This document shows positions 38,037-49,190 of a DNA stretch of 64,000 nucleotides, in pieces. Source of the stretch: an uncultured Clostridia bacterium. Its GTDB lineage: Bacteria > Bacillota > Clostridia > TANB77 > CAG-508. Each line of letters opens with the position of its first letter. The stretch's first letter is position 1. A model generated the notes under the pieces. It saw only the letters and a list, made by a program, of their open reading frames with translations, did not search any database and was not told where the DNA came from. The position numbers and the translations under genes are program-made. The stretch covers positions 161,889 to 225,888 of the forward strand of contig CAUWBF010000001.1 of NCBI GenBank assembly GCA_963557785.1. The letters are read 5' to 3'.

Positions 38037-41000
38037 ATGGGCGAAGTTAAATGGACTAAAGAACAAGAAATGGCTATAAAAGAAAAAGGTTCAAACATAC
38101 TAGTAGCAGCTGCAGCAGGAAGCGGAAAAACAGCTGTACTTGTAGAAAGAATAATAAACAAAATAATAAAAGATAAAATAGATATAGATTCTTTATTAGT
38201 AGTTACATTTACTAATGCAGCAGCAAGTGAAATGAGAGAAAGAATACTAGATGCTATTTATAAGAAAATAGAAGAAATGCCCGATGATGCTAATTTACAA
38301 AGACAAATTAACTTATTAAATAAAGCGGATATATGTACAATACATGCATTCTGTTTAGAGGTTATAAAAAATAATTTTTATGAGATAGATGTATCACCTA
38401 ATTTTAGAATAGGAGATACTACAGAAATAGAACTTTTAAAACAAGAGGTATTAGAAAATTTATTTGAAGAAAAATATGATAATGCAGAAAAAGATTTTAT
38501 AGAATTAATAAATACATATACAGGTTATAGAGGTGATGAGCCTTTAAAAGAAATGATTTTAAATATATATAAATATATACAAAGTAGTCCATTTCCAGAA
38601 GAATGGCTGGAAAAACAAGTAGAGGATTTTAATATAGAAAATAAAGATATAGATTTTGCTGAAACTAAATGGGGAACAATTCTATTAGAAAACAATAAAA
38701 ACCTTATTAAAGAAACAATATTAGGACTAAAAAATGTAAAAGAAATTTTAGACCAAAATTATGAGCTGGATAAATTTTCACAGGCAATCAGAAAAGATAT
38801 AGAAAAATTAACAGAAATGTTAGACTTAAATAATTGGGAAGAATTATATAAAGAAGTAAATAATTTCAGCTTTTCAAAATGGCCTATAGATAGAAAAATA
38901 GAGTCAAACATTAAAGATGAGGCAAAAGAAAAAAGAGATAAAATAAATAAAAGATTTAAAACAGAAAAAGATAAACTATTTATATTTTCTTCAAAAGAAG
39001 CTATAGAAGATATATCTTCTATGTATAAAACATTAAAAACATTAAAAACTTTGATATTAGAATTTCAAGATAAATATACACGTGAAAAAAGAGAAAAGAA
39101 TATTATAGATTTTAACGATATAGAACATCTAGCGTTAAAAATATTAGTAAAAAAAGATAACGATGGAAACTATATTTCAACAGAAGTTGCAAAAAAATAT
39201 AGAGAAAAGTTTTCAGAAATTGCAATAGATGAATATCAAGATAGTAACTTAGTTCAAGAATATATATTAAACTCTATTTCAAATGGAAAAAATATATTTA
39301 TGGTTGGAGACGTTAAGCAAAGTATATATAAATTTAGGCAAGCAAGACCTGAATTATTTCTAGATAAATATACAAATTATAAAGAAAATGAGGCAAATGA
39401 ATCGGGACTAAAAATTCAGTTATTTAAAAACTTTAGAAGTAGAGAAAACGTATTAGATGTAACTAATCTTATATTTAAAAATATAATGAGTAAAAAACTA
39501 GGGGATATAAATTATACTAAAGAGGAATATTTAAATCTTGGTGCAAATTATGAAACACCTAAAAATAAAGATATAGATTATGCAGGAAAAACAGAATTAT
39601 ATTTAATAGATTTAAAACAAGAAGAAAATAATTACGAAGAAGAAAATGAAGATATAGATGAAACTACATATATAGAAGATTCGGTATTAGAAGCAAAGTT
39701 TGTTGCAAGGAAAATAAAAGAAATAGTAAATAGTAATTATTATATTTTTGACAAAAAACAAGGATATAGAAAAGTAGAATATAAAGATATTGTGATTTTA
39801 TTAAGAGCGACATCAGTACAAGCACCTATCTACGAAAAAGAATTGACAGATTTAAATCTACCAGTTACAAGCGATTCTAGTGCGGAATATTTAGATTCTA
39901 TAGAAATACAAACTATAATGTCCGTTTTAAAAATTATAGATAATCCAATACAAGATATACCACTGGTTACTGTTATGAGATCTATAATTGGAGGCTTTAC
40001 AGACAATGATTTAATAGAAATAAGACTAGCAGATAAACATTGTAATTTTTATGAAGCGATTCAAAAAGCCAAAATACAAGTAGGTAATGATTTAAAAGAA
40101 AAGATAGAAAGATTTTTAGAAGATATTGCTAAATGGAGAGAAGCAGTAGAGTATTTAAGCTTAGATGAATTGATATGGAAAATATATATAGATTCTGGAT
40201 ATTATAATTATGTTGGACTTATGCCAAATGGAAAATTACGACAAGCAAATCTAAAACTATTATTCGAAAAAGCAAAACAATATGAAAAATCTAGCTTTAA
40301 AGGTTTATATAATTTTATAAACTTTATAGATAAAGTAAAGCTAAGTAGTGGAGATATGAGTGCAGCTAAAGTAATTAGCGAAAATGAAAATGTAATTAGA
40401 ATAATGAGTATTCATAAAAGTAAAGGTTTAGAATTTCCTATTGTTTTCTTATGTGGAACAGGTAAACAATTCAATATGAGAGATTTAAACGAAAAAATAT
40501 TATTACACCAAGAATTAGGAATAGGTCCAAGATATATCAATTATGATAGAAAAATTGAATATGATACTTTAGCCAAAGAAGCAATAAAGTTACAAGCTAA
40601 AAAAGAAACACTATCAGAAGAAGAAAGAGTTTTATATGTTGCGCTAACACGTAGTAAAGAAAAATTAATAATAACAGGATTATCAAAAGATGTACAAAAA
40701 GATCTTGATAATAAAAAAATGCAACTACAAATATATTCCAATGAATCAGATAACATTAATAGTAGTTTAATTGCTAAAGGAAAATCTTATTTAGATTGGA
40801 TAGAATATGTATATTTAAAAAATAAAGAAAATGCAGAAGAATATATTACTCTTAATATTATAAAAAAAGAAAGTATTTTAGAAAAAGATAAAGAAGCGGA
40901 AACGCTAGAAGATAAAAATGAAAAGATAAAAGATAAACTAAGTAAAATAAAAAGTACTAAGGAAATTGATGAAGTAAAAAAAATAATAGAATGGAAATAT

Positions 41001-41684
41001 AAAAATTATCTAGCAACAACAATTCCAAGTAAGGCTTCTGTTACAAAATTAAAAGAATTAGAAAATGAGGAACAGCTAAAAGTATTATTTGTTGCAGAGG
41101 AACAAAGTAAAAATAAAGTAGATAATAATTTACTTCCAAAACCTAAGTTTTTAAATGAAGAAGAAAAATTAACTGCTGCAGAAAAGGGTAGTGTAATGCA
41201 TCTTATTTTACAAAAACTCGACATAAGAAAAGAAGGATATAATTTATCACAAATAGATGAATTTATAGAAAAATTATATTCTAAAAATATAATTACAAAA
41301 TTAGAAAAAGATAGCATAAATAAGTATAAAATACTAAATTTTGTTAATTCTAATATATATAAAGAACTTATAGAAGCAAAAAAAATAGAAAGAGAAAAAC
41401 CTTTTTATATAAATATTCCAGCTAAAGAAATTTTTAAAGAGGAATTGGAAGAAAATATATTAGTGCAAGGAATTATAGATTTATATTACATAAATAAAAA
41501 CGGAGAATTAATTTTAGTTGATTATAAAACTGATTATGTTGAAGAAGGAAAAGAAAAACAGTTAATAGAAAGATATAAAAAGCAATTAGAATTATATAAA
41601 ACAGCTTTGGAGAATTCATTAGAAAGAAAAGTAGATAAAACCTACATTTATTCAGTTTATTTAGGAAAAGAACTTGATTTTTAA
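38037..41684 (+). CDS. addA: ATP-dependent helicase/nuclease AddA (UvrD-type helicase plus C-terminal PD-(D/E)XK nuclease)
   Basis: WTKEQEMAI...ILVAAAAGSGKTAVLVERI, IDEYQDSN, VGDVKQSIYKFRQA, SIHKSKGLEFPIV, and the C-terminal GIIDLYY...LVDYKTD nuclease motif. Confidence 0.93.
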   Translation: MGEVKWTKEQEMAIKEKGSNILVAAAAGSGKTAVLVERIINKIIKDKIDIDSLLVVTFTNAAASEMRERILDAIYKKIEEMPDDANLQRQINLLNKADICTIHAFCLEVIKNNFYEIDVSPNFRIGDTTEIELLKQEVLENLFEEKYDNAEKDFIELINTYTGYRGDEPLKEMILNIYKYIQSSPFPEEWLEKQVEDFNIENKDIDFAETKWGTILLENNKNLIKETILGLKNVKEILDQNYELDKFSQAIRKDIEKLTEMLDLNNWEELYKEVNNFSFSKWPIDRKIESNIKDEAKEKRDKINKRFKTEKDKLFIFSSKEAIEDISSMYKTLKTLKTLILEFQDKYTREKREKNIIDFNDIEHLALKILVKKDNDGNYISTEVAKKYREKFSEIAIDEYQDSNLVQEYILNSISNGKNIFMVGDVKQSIYKFRQARPELFLDKYTNYKENEANESGLKIQLFKNFRSRENVLDVTNLIFKNIMSKKLGDINYTKEEYLNLGANYETPKNKDIDYAGKTELYLIDLKQEENNYEEENEDIDETTYIEDSVLEAKFVARKIKEIVNSNYYIFDKKQGYRKVEYKDIVILLRATSVQAPIYEKELTDLNLPVTSDSSAEYLDSIEIQTIMSVLKIIDNPIQDIPLVTVMRSIIGGFTDNDLIEIRLADKHCNFYEAIQKAKIQVGNDLKEKIERFLEDIAKWREAVEYLSLDELIWKIYIDSGYYNYVGLMPNGKLRQANLKLLFEKAKQYEKSSFKGLYNFINFIDKVKLSSGDMSAAKVISENENVIRIMSIHKSKGLEFPIVFLCGTGKQFNMRDLNEKILLHQELGIGPRYINYDRKIEYDTLAKEAIKLQAKKETLSEEERVLYVALTRSKEKLIITGLSKDVQKDLDNKKMQLQIYSNESDNINSSLIAKGKSYLDWIEYVYLKNKENAEEYITLNIIKKESILEKDKEAETLEDKNEKIKDKLSKIKSTKEIDEVKKIIEWKYKNYLATTIPSKASVTKLKELENEEQLKVLFVAEEQSKNKVDNNLLPKPKFLNEEEKLTAAEKGSVMHLILQKLDIRKEGYNLSQIDEFIEKLYSKNIITKLEKDSINKYKILNFVNSNIYKELIEAKKIEREKPFYINIPAKEIFKEELEENILVQGIIDLYYINKNGELILVDYKTDYVEEGKEKQLIERYKKQLELYKTALENSLERKVDKTYIYSVYLGKELDF

Positions 41685-41726
41685 AAAAATATATTGTATA
41701 ATAGTCAAAGCAAAATATATTACTAG

Positions 41727-41755
41727 AAGAGTGGGAACAAATCCCACTCTTTCTA
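41727..41755 (+). terminator. Stem-loop after addA
   Basis: AAGAGTGGGA-(ACAAA)-TCCCACTCTT followed by a short T-rich tract. Confidence 0.6.
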
Positions 41756-41776
41756 AGTATAAAGGAGGATATATAT

Positions 41777-42232
41777 TTGGCAAATATAGAAGAAAGAGTA
41801 GAAAGTTTATTAAAACCTATTATAGAAAATATGGGATATAAACTATATGATGTTGAATATGCAAAAGAAGCAAAGAATTACTTTTTAAGAATATTTATAG
41901 ACAAAGATAATGGCTCTATAGATTTAGAAGATTGTGAAAAAGTAAATAATGCAATAACAGATATTTTAGATGAAGCAGACTATATTAAAGAACAATATTT
42001 TTTAGAGGTATCATCACCTGGAGTAGAAAGAGTTATTAGAAAAGATACTCAACTGCAAGAAAATATTGGAACAAATGTAGAAGTCAATTTATTTAAACCA
42101 ATAAACGGTTCAAAACAATATCAAGGTATATTAAAAGAATTTAATAATGAAGAAATTATTATAGAAAAAGATAATTTAATTAATATACCAAGAAAAAATA
42201 TATCATTAATAAAAACAGTATATGACTGGTAA
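41777..42232 (+). CDS. rimP: Ribosome maturation factor RimP
   Basis: LYDVEY....FLRIFIDK...I.LEDCEKVN...LEVSSPGVERVIRK; operon position upstream of nusA. Confidence 0.92.
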   Translation: MANIEERVESLLKPIIENMGYKLYDVEYAKEAKNYFLRIFIDKDNGSIDLEDCEKVNNAITDILDEADYIKEQYFLEVSSPGVERVIRKDTQLQENIGTNVEVNLFKPINGSKQYQGILKEFNNEEIIIEKDNLINIPRKNISLIKTVYDW

Positions 42233-42256
42233 TATAAATAAGGAGGAATAGGAAAA

Positions 42257-43339
42257 ATGAAAGAAGCTATTGATAACAAAGAATTAGTATTAGCAATAGA
42301 TGAACTAGAAAAGGAAAAAGGAATTAAAAAAGATTATTTAATGGAATCTATTGAATCAGCATTAGTTACAGCATATAAAAGAAACTTCAATTCAGAAGAA
42401 AATGTTAAAGTAATAATGGATAAAGAAACAGGTGCATCACATTTATATTCTGTAAAAGAAATAGTTGAACATGTAGAAGATTCAACTTTACAAATTAGCT
42501 TAGCAGAAGCAAAAAAAATAAACAAAACATTAGAAATAGGAGACAGTGTTGATATAGAATTAGTACCAAAGAACTTTGGTAGAATTGCTGCACAAACAGC
42601 CAAACAAGTTATTATCCAAAAACTAAGAGAAGCAGAAAGAGAAGTTATATTCTCAGAATATAATGAAAGAAAAGGCGAAATAGTATCTGGAATTGTACAA
42701 AAATCAGATAAAGGCGTAGTTGTAATGGACTTAGGTAGAATTGAAGGAGTTATGCCAGCAAAAGAACAAATACCTACAGAAACTTATAAAGTAAATGATA
42801 AAATTAAAGGATGTATAGTAGATGTAGAAAAAGGGCAAAAAGGAGCACCAAAAGTTGTTATATCTAGAGCATCAGCAGATTTTGTAAGAAAATTATTTGA
42901 GTTTGAAATACCAGAAATATATGAAGGAGTTATAGAAATTAAAAGTGTTTCTCGTGACCCAGGATATAGAAGTAAACTTGCTGTATATTCACCAAATGAG
43001 AATATTGATCCTGTTGGTTCATGTGTTGGACAAAAAGGTGTTAGAATTCAAAATATAATAAATGAATTAAATGGTGAGAAAATTGATGTAATCGAATGGA
43101 ATGAAGATCCATCAATCTTTATATCAGCAGCATTATTACCAGCACAAGTAATGGCAGTAGATATTAAAGAAGAAGAAAAATTTGCACAAGTTATAGTACC
43201 AGATGATCAATTATCTTTAGCAATAGGAAAATCTGGACAAAATGCTAGATTAGCAGCAAAATTAACAAATTGGAAAATTGATATAAAATCAGAATCACAA
43301 TTTAGAGAAATGCTTATGAAAGCACAAGAAGAGGAATAA
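42257..43339 (+). CDS. nusA: Transcription termination/antitermination factor NusA
   Basis: N-terminal domain, S1 domain (GEIVSGIVQ...) and two KH domains (VGSCVGQKGVRIQ, AIGKSGQNARLAAKLT). Confidence 0.96.
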   Translation: MKEAIDNKELVLAIDELEKEKGIKKDYLMESIESALVTAYKRNFNSEENVKVIMDKETGASHLYSVKEIVEHVEDSTLQISLAEAKKINKTLEIGDSVDIELVPKNFGRIAAQTAKQVIIQKLREAEREVIFSEYNERKGEIVSGIVQKSDKGVVVMDLGRIEGVMPAKEQIPTETYKVNDKIKGCIVDVEKGQKGAPKVVISRASADFVRKLFEFEIPEIYEGVIEIKSVSRDPGYRSKLAVYSPNENIDPVGSCVGQKGVRIQNIINELNGEKIDVIEWNEDPSIFISAALLPAQVMAVDIKEEEKFAQVIVPDDQLSLAIGKSGQNARLAAKLTNWKIDIKSESQFREMLMKAQEEE

Positions 43340-43383
43340 TAAGGTAATTATAAATATAAAATAGATTAAAGGGGTGAAAGCAA

Positions 43384-43644
43384 GTGAAGAATATACCACA
43401 AAGAACATGTATTGGCTGTAGAGAAAAGAAAGATAAAAAGGATTTAATAAGAATAGTGAAAGATAAAGAAGGAAATATATCTGTAGATAAAACAGGAAAA
43501 GCAAATGGTAGAGGAGCATATATTTGTGATGATGTTACTTGCTTAGAAAAAGCTATAAAATCTAAAAGCTTACAAAGAACTTTTGAAACAGAAATTACAG
43601 AAGAATTATATGAAAATTTAAGAGGTGTGATTATTGATAAATAA
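43384..43644 (+). CDS. ylxR: YlxR/RnpM-family RNA-binding protein (DUF448)
   Basis: PQRTCIGCREKKDKKDLIRIV...GRGAYIC; GTG start; position between nusA and infB. Confidence 0.9.
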   Translation: MKNIPQRTCIGCREKKDKKDLIRIVKDKEGNISVDKTGKANGRGAYICDDVTCLEKAIKSKSLQRTFETEITEELYENLRGVIIDK

Positions 43645-43954
43645 TAAATTATTAGGATTATTAGGTATATGTGCTAAAGCTGGAAAGATTGTATCAGGTG
43701 CAGATGCTTGCTTAGAAGAAATAAAAACAAATAGTGTTAAATTATTAATTATAGCAGAAGATGCTTCAGATAAAACTAAAAAAAATTATATTTTTTACGG
43801 TAATAAATATAATATTCCAGTTGCTATAGCAAGTACAGTAGATAATTTAAGTAAAGCTATTGGAAAGAAAAATAGAGCAATAATAGGTGTAAAAGATATT
43901 AATTTATCAAATGAAATACAAAAAATAATTAATGGGGGTGAAATTATTGGGTAA
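43634..43954 (+). CDS. ylxQ: L7Ae-family ribosomal-protein-like protein YlxQ
   Basis: [14 protein letters not shown]....[10 protein letters not shown] pattern. It overlaps both neighbours, as in the conserved operon. Confidence 0.88.
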   Translation: MINNKLLGLLGICAKAGKIVSGADACLEEIKTNSVKLLIIAEDASDKTKKNYIFYGNKYNIPVAIASTVDNLSKAIGKKNRAIIGVKDINLSNEIQKIINGGEIIG

Positions 43955-46889
43955 AGTTAAAATTCATGAAATAGCAAAAAAAATAGGACTAACAAGCAAA
44001 GAAGTAATAGACAGAGCACTAGAACTAAAAATAGAAGCTAAAAGTCATTTAAGTGCTATTACAGAAGAAGAAGCTCAAAAATTAGAAAATAGTTTCAAAA
44101 AGAAGGAAACTAAATCAGAAAATAAAAATCTAGAAAAAAAAGAAGACAAAAAAGAAAATAAGCCAAAAAAAGAAGTACCAGTAATTATTAGAAGAGAAGT
44201 AATAATTTCAGAAGAGGAACTTGCTAAAAAAGAAGAAGAAGAAAAGAAAAGAAAAATGCAAGAGCGTAAGGCAAATGTAGGATTTGTACAAAGAGATAAA
44301 AATAAAGATTACAATATTGTATATAGAGATAAGCCAACTAAGCCACTTACTGTAGAGGAATTATTTGGATTAAAGAAAAAAACTAAAGAAGAACCAAAGG
44401 AAGAAGTTAAAGAAGAAGTAAAAAAAGAGGAAGAAGTAAAGAAAGAAGAAGTAAAACCAGAAATTAAGAAAAGTGAAAGTGAGACTATGATAGAAATACA
44501 AACTAATTCAAATAAAGAAGTAAAAACAGTAAATGACAGAAATAATTCAAATGATTATAGAAACAATAAAAGCAGTCAAAATAATTATAGAAATAATAAC
44601 CAAAACAACAACGGATTTAGAAATAATAACCAAAATAATGGTTATAGAAACAATAATCAAAATAACGATTATAAAAACAACAGAAATGGTCAAAATAATT
44701 TTAGAAACAATCAAAACAACAATGGTTATAGAAACAATAATTATAGAAATAATAATCAAGGAAATTATGAGAATAGAGGGCAAAGACCTCTTGATGAAAA
44801 AGGAATTGAAAAAAATATTAAAAACATAATGGCTGCAGACATTATAGAAAAAGAACCAGTTAGAGAATATAACAAAGCTATTGATAAACAAAAAAATAAC
44901 AGATTTGATGATAATCCTAATAAGGCTAAAAAGAATAATAAAAATAGAAGAAATGAAGATTTTGATATTAATGAAAAGAAATTAAAAGGATTAAAACAAG
45001 AACGTAGTTTATCTAATATGTTTGGAGATCAAGAAGGTGGAATGCTAGATTATTACGATTTAACAACAGTTAGAGGAAAACGTAATAAAAAGAAAATAGC
45101 TAGACAAGAAAATGAACCTTCAAAACAAAAAATATTCAAACTAACAGAAATTACTATTCCAGAAACAATATCTGTTAAAGATCTAGCAGCAGAATTAAAG
45201 AAAACAAGTAGTGAGATAATTAAAAAACTATTAGGATATGGAATAATGGCAACAATAAATAATGACATCGATTTTGATACAGCATTTTTAATAGCTGAAG
45301 AATTTGGAGTAACAGCTAAAAAGAAAGAAATAGTTAAAGAAGAAGATGTATTATTTGATGATTCTGAAGACAACGAAGAAGACTTAGAAGAAAGACCACC
45401 AGTTATAGTTGTTATGGGACATGTTGACCATGGTAAAACATCACTTTTAGATGCTATTAGGTCAACAAATGTTATAGAAGGTGAAGCTGGAGGTATTACA
45501 CAACATATAGGTGCATATCAAGTAAATATTAATGATAGAGATATTACTTTCTTAGATACACCTGGACACGAAGCATTTACAAGTATGCGTGCTAGAGGTG
45601 CACAAATTACTGATATAGCAATATTAGTAGTTGCAGCAGATGATGGTGTTATGCCACAAACTGTAGAGGCAATTAACCACGCAAAATCTGCAGGTATACC
45701 AATAATAGTAGCAGTAAATAAAATAGATCTACCAGGAGCTAATGTAGAAAAAATTAAAGAAGAATTAATGAAATATGAATTAGTTCCAGAAGAATGGGGT
45801 GGAGATACTATTTATGTACCAATATCAGCTAAGAAACATCAAAATATAGATCAATTGTTAGAAATGGTTCTATTAGTTGCTGATATGAAAGAACTAAAAG
45901 CAAATCCAAATAAACAAGCCAAAGGTGCTGTTATAGAAGCAAGACTTGATAAAGCAAAAGGTCCAATAGCTTCATTATTAGTACAAAGAGGAACTTTAGA
46001 TGTTGGTGACACAATAGTAGTTGGATCTTCAATAGGTAGAATTAGGGCAATGAAAAATGATAAAGGACAAAGAGTTAAAAAAGCAGGTCCTTCTACACCA
46101 GTAGAAATAATGGGATTAACAGAAGTTCCAGTTGCAGGTGAAACTTTCTATGAAGTTAAAGATGAGAAAATGGCTAAACACTTAATTGAAAGAAGAAAAC
46201 GTCAAGAAAGAGAAAAATCAATAAATGCAGGATCAAAAGTAACATTAGACAATCTATTTAGCCAAATGGAGGCTGGTAAATTAAAACAATTAAACTTAAT
46301 AGTAAAGGCAGATGTTCAAGGTTCAGTAGAAGCTGTAAAACAATCATTAGAAAAACTTACTAACGATGAAGTTAAAGTAAGCGTAATACATGCAGCAGCT
46401 GGAGCTGTTACAGAAACAGATGTAACTTTAGCTAAAGTATCTAATGCAATTATAATTGCATTTAATGTAAGACCAGTACCAAGCGCTAAAGATGAAGCAG
46501 AAAAAGACGAAGTTGAAATAAAACAATATTCTGTAATATATCAAGCAATTGAAGATGTAGAAGCAGCTATGAAAGGTATGTTAGATCCAAAATTTGAAGA
46601 AAAAGTTATAGGAACAGCAGAAATCAGACAAACATTTAAGGTTTCTAATGTTGGAACTATAGGAGGAGCTTACGTATTAACAGGAAAACTTGAAAGAAAT
46701 GCTGGAGTAAGAATAATTCGTGAAGAAGTTGTAATACATGACGGAAAACTTTCATCATTAAAGAGATTCAAGGATGATGCAAAAGAAGTTGCAAAAGGTT
46801 ATGAATGTGGTGTACAAATAGAAAATTATAATGACATAAAAGAAGGAGACATCATTGAAGCTTATGTTATGGAAGAAATAAAACGTTAA
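43932..46889 (+). CDS. infB: Translation initiation factor IF-2 with an expanded low-complexity N-terminal region
   Basis: G domain [28 protein letters not shown]. The N-terminal ~480 aa are K/E-rich and then N-rich. Confidence 0.97.
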   Translation: MGVKLLGKVKIHEIAKKIGLTSKEVIDRALELKIEAKSHLSAITEEEAQKLENSFKKKETKSENKNLEKKEDKKENKPKKEVPVIIRREVIISEEELAKKEEEEKKRKMQERKANVGFVQRDKNKDYNIVYRDKPTKPLTVEELFGLKKKTKEEPKEEVKEEVKKEEEVKKEEVKPEIKKSESETMIEIQTNSNKEVKTVNDRNNSNDYRNNKSSQNNYRNNNQNNNGFRNNNQNNGYRNNNQNNDYKNNRNGQNNFRNNQNNNGYRNNNYRNNNQGNYENRGQRPLDEKGIEKNIKNIMAADIIEKEPVREYNKAIDKQKNNRFDDNPNKAKKNNKNRRNEDFDINEKKLKGLKQERSLSNMFGDQEGGMLDYYDLTTVRGKRNKKKIARQENEPSKQKIFKLTEITIPETISVKDLAAELKKTSSEIIKKLLGYGIMATINNDIDFDTAFLIAEEFGVTAKKKEIVKEEDVLFDDSEDNEEDLEERPPVIVVMGHVDHGKTSLLDAIRSTNVIEGEAGGITQHIGAYQVNINDRDITFLDTPGHEAFTSMRARGAQITDIAILVVAADDGVMPQTVEAINHAKSAGIPIIVAVNKIDLPGANVEKIKEELMKYELVPEEWGGDTIYVPISAKKHQNIDQLLEMVLLVADMKELKANPNKQAKGAVIEARLDKAKGPIASLLVQRGTLDVGDTIVVGSSIGRIRAMKNDKGQRVKKAGPSTPVEIMGLTEVPVAGETFYEVKDEKMAKHLIERRKRQEREKSINAGSKVTLDNLFSQMEAGKLKQLNLIVKADVQGSVEAVKQSLEKLTNDEVKVSVIHAAAGAVTETDVTLAKVSNAIIIAFNVRPVPSAKDEAEKDEVEIKQYSVIYQAIEDVEAAMKGMLDPKFEEKVIGTAEIRQTFKVSNVGTIGGAYVLTGKLERNAGVRIIREEVVIHDGKLSSLKRFKDDAKEVAKGYECGVQIENYNDIKEGDIIEAYVMEEIKR
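44536..44785 (+). repeat. In-frame Asn-rich tandem repeats inside infB
   Basis: About nine imperfect units of (Y/F)RNNNQNN(G): [62 protein letters not shown]. The nucleotide units AATAAyCAAAAyAAy...TATAGAAAyAAT recur. Confidence 0.85.
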
Positions 46890-46904
46890 AGGTTGGTGAG
46901 ATTT

Positions 46905-47279
46905 ATGCCTAATAGAAATAATCAAAGATTTGGAAGAATCGATGAAGAATTAAAAAAAGAAATAAGCAATATTATAAATTATGATCTTAAAAACCCAGAT
47001 GTTACAGGAATGATAAGCGTAACAAAGGTAAAAGCAACTACAGATCTTAAATTTGCTAAAGTATATGTAAGTATATTAAATTCAAAAAATATAAAAACAA
47101 CTTTAGCAGGACTTAAAAAATCATCAGGATTTATAAGAAGTGAAGTTGCAAAAAGAGTAAACTTAAGAAATACACCAGAATTAATATTTGAATTAGATGA
47201 TTCTATAGAATATGGTGCTAGAATAGATTCAATTTTAAAAGAAGTAATGAAAGATATTAAACCAGGAGAGGAAGAATAG
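46905..47279 (+). CDS. rbfA: Ribosome-binding factor A
   Basis: R..RI.EELKKEIS.II....KDP.....SVTKV..T.DL..AKVYVS pattern. ATG at 46905 with a GGTGAG RBS. Confidence 0.92.
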   Translation: MPNRNNQRFGRIDEELKKEISNIINYDLKNPDVTGMISVTKVKATTDLKFAKVYVSILNSKNIKTTLAGLKKSSGFIRSEVAKRVNLRNTPELIFELDDSIEYGARIDSILKEVMKDIKPGEEE

Positions 47280-47280
47280 G

Positions 47281-48231
47281 ATGACCTTAGATAATATAGT
47301 AGAAGAAATAAATAAAGCTAATACGATTGCTATACTAACACACGAAAGTCCAGATGGCGATGCTATGGGAAGCAGTTTAGCAATGTATAATGCATTAAGA
47401 GATATGGGGAAAAATCCTGATGTTATAATTCCAGAATATCCTAAGATATTTGAATTTTTACCAGGTACAGAGAGCATAATAGATAAACCAAGTGAAGAAG
47501 AATATGATTTAGCTATAGCTTTAGACTGTGGTGATTTAAAAAGATTAAATGGTTTTGCAAATGTATTTGAAAATGCAAAAACAACAATTTCTATAGATCA
47601 CCATAGTATGAACCCTATGTTTGCAGATTATAACTATGTTAACCCTGCTTCACCAGCTTGTTGCCAAATATTAGTTATAGTATTAGAATACTTAAAAGTA
47701 CAAATAACTAAAAATATTGGAACATGCTTATTAACAGGAATAATTACAGATACAGGCGGATTTAAATATTCAGGTGTATCTGCAGAAACATTTGAATTTG
47801 CAGCATGGCTATTAACTTCTGGTGTAAATGTTTCAGAAATATATAAAAAAGTTTTACAAATAAAAACAAGAGCTAACTATGAACTTACAAAAATTGCTAT
47901 GAATAGAATGGAATTTTTAGAAGATAACAAAGTAACATTTACATATATAACATTAGAAGAACAAGCTAGATTTGGCAACGAAGAAGGTTCACATGAAGGA
48001 ATAGTTGAATCTGGAAGAGATATTGAAGGTGTAGAAGTTTCTATATTCTTAAGAGAATCAGAAGATGGATACAAAGTTTCTTTAAGATCTAATGAATATA
48101 TAAATGTTTCAGATGTATGCTTTATGTTTGGTGGCGGTGGACATCCTAGAGCAGCAGGATGCAAAATACAAGGAACGCCAGAACAAATAAAAAATAAACT
48201 ATTAAATGAAATAAAAAAAGAACTAAATTAA
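47281..48231 (+). CDS. nrnA: DHH/DHHA1 phosphoesterase (NrnA-type oligoribonuclease / pAp phosphatase)
   Basis: HESPDGDAMGS, DCGD, IDHH, GIITDTGGF, and C-terminal GGGGHPRAAG. Confidence 0.88.
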   Translation: MTLDNIVEEINKANTIAILTHESPDGDAMGSSLAMYNALRDMGKNPDVIIPEYPKIFEFLPGTESIIDKPSEEEYDLAIALDCGDLKRLNGFANVFENAKTTISIDHHSMNPMFADYNYVNPASPACCQILVIVLEYLKVQITKNIGTCLLTGIITDTGGFKYSGVSAETFEFAAWLLTSGVNVSEIYKKVLQIKTRANYELTKIAMNRMEFLEDNKVTFTYITLEEQARFGNEEGSHEGIVESGRDIEGVEVSIFLRESEDGYKVSLRSNEYINVSDVCFMFGGGGHPRAAGCKIQGTPEQIKNKLLNEIKKELN

Positions 48232-48240
48232 GTACACTAT

Positions 48241-48275
48241 AATAAAGATTTGAATTTATCAAATCTTTATTATTA
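48241..48275 (+). terminator. Stem-loop after nrnA
   Basis: AATAAAGATTTGA-(ATTTA)-TCAAATCTTTATT. Confidence 0.55.
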
Positions 48276-48293
48276 TATAGGAGACAATAAATA

Positions 48294-49181
48294 ATGGATG
48301 GAATAATTATAATAAATAAAGAAAAAAATTATACATCACATGATGTGGTTGCAAAGGTAAAGAAAATACTAAATGTATCAAAAGTTGGACACACAGGAAC
48401 TTTAGATCCGAATGCTACAGGAGTTTTACCTATTTTATTAAATAAAGGGACACTTTTATCAAAATATCTAATTAACCATGATAAGATTTATACTGCAACA
48501 CTAAAATTAGGAGAAAAAACAGATACAGCAGATTCTGAGGGAAATATTATAGAAGAAAGACAAGTTGAACTATCAAATATAAAAAAAGAAAAAGTAATAG
48601 AGGTTTTAGATAGTTTTATAGGAAAACAAAAGCAAGTACCTCCAATGTATTCTGCTATAAAAATTGATGGTAAAAAAATGTATGAATACGCAAGAAAAGG
48701 AATAAAGGTTGATTTACCATCAAGAGAAATAGAAATTTATAATATTAGCTTAGAAAATATAGATGAAGAAAATAAATTAATTACTTTTACAGTAGAATGT
48801 TCAAAAGGAACTTATATAAGATCTTTATGTGAAGATATAGCATATAAATTAAATACAGTAGGATATATGAAAGAATTGAAAAGATTAAAAGTAGGAGACT
48901 TTAAAATAGAAAATTCAATAACATTAAATGAACTAAAAGAAGTAATAGAAAAAAATAAGATTAATGATTATCTAATATCACTAGAAAAATTCTTTGAAAA
49001 AGAAGAAAAAATTGTACTAAATGATAAAGAAATAAGACTATTTTTAAATGGAGCATTTTCTAAAAATAGTAAAAAATATAATTTAAAAGATGGAATATAT
49101 AGAATATATAATGTTAATAATAATTTTATTGGAATAGGAATATCTAAAAATAGTGAGTTAAAAAGAGATATTATATTATAG
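48294..49181 (+). CDS. truB: tRNA pseudouridine(55) synthase
   Basis: NKEKNYTSHDVV, the catalytic GHTGTLDP, and QVPPMYSAIK. Confidence 0.95.
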   Translation: MDGIIIINKEKNYTSHDVVAKVKKILNVSKVGHTGTLDPNATGVLPILLNKGTLLSKYLINHDKIYTATLKLGEKTDTADSEGNIIEERQVELSNIKKEKVIEVLDSFIGKQKQVPPMYSAIKIDGKKMYEYARKGIKVDLPSREIEIYNISLENIDEENKLITFTVECSKGTYIRSLCEDIAYKLNTVGYMKELKRLKVGDFKIENSITLNELKEVIEKNKINDYLISLEKFFEKEEKIVLNDKEIRLFLNGAFSKNSKKYNLKDGIYRIYNVNNNFIGIGISKNSELKRDIIL

Positions 49182-49190
49182 GAGAAACAG

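Noticed and set aside
43295-43519. 74-aa minus-strand ORF spanning the nusA-ylxR junction
   Set aside because: It is antisense to two conserved operon genes, and its product is L/F/Y-rich low complexity.
44533-44891. Periodic repeats considered as a possible CRISPR-like or non-coding array, plus two alternative-frame ORFs (98 aa +, 114 aa -)
   Set aside because: The units are short, contiguous and without unique spacers. They stay in-frame with infB, translating to (Y/F)RNNNQNN repeats that continue into the conserved G domain. The other frames give I/T/K or I/V/S monotony.
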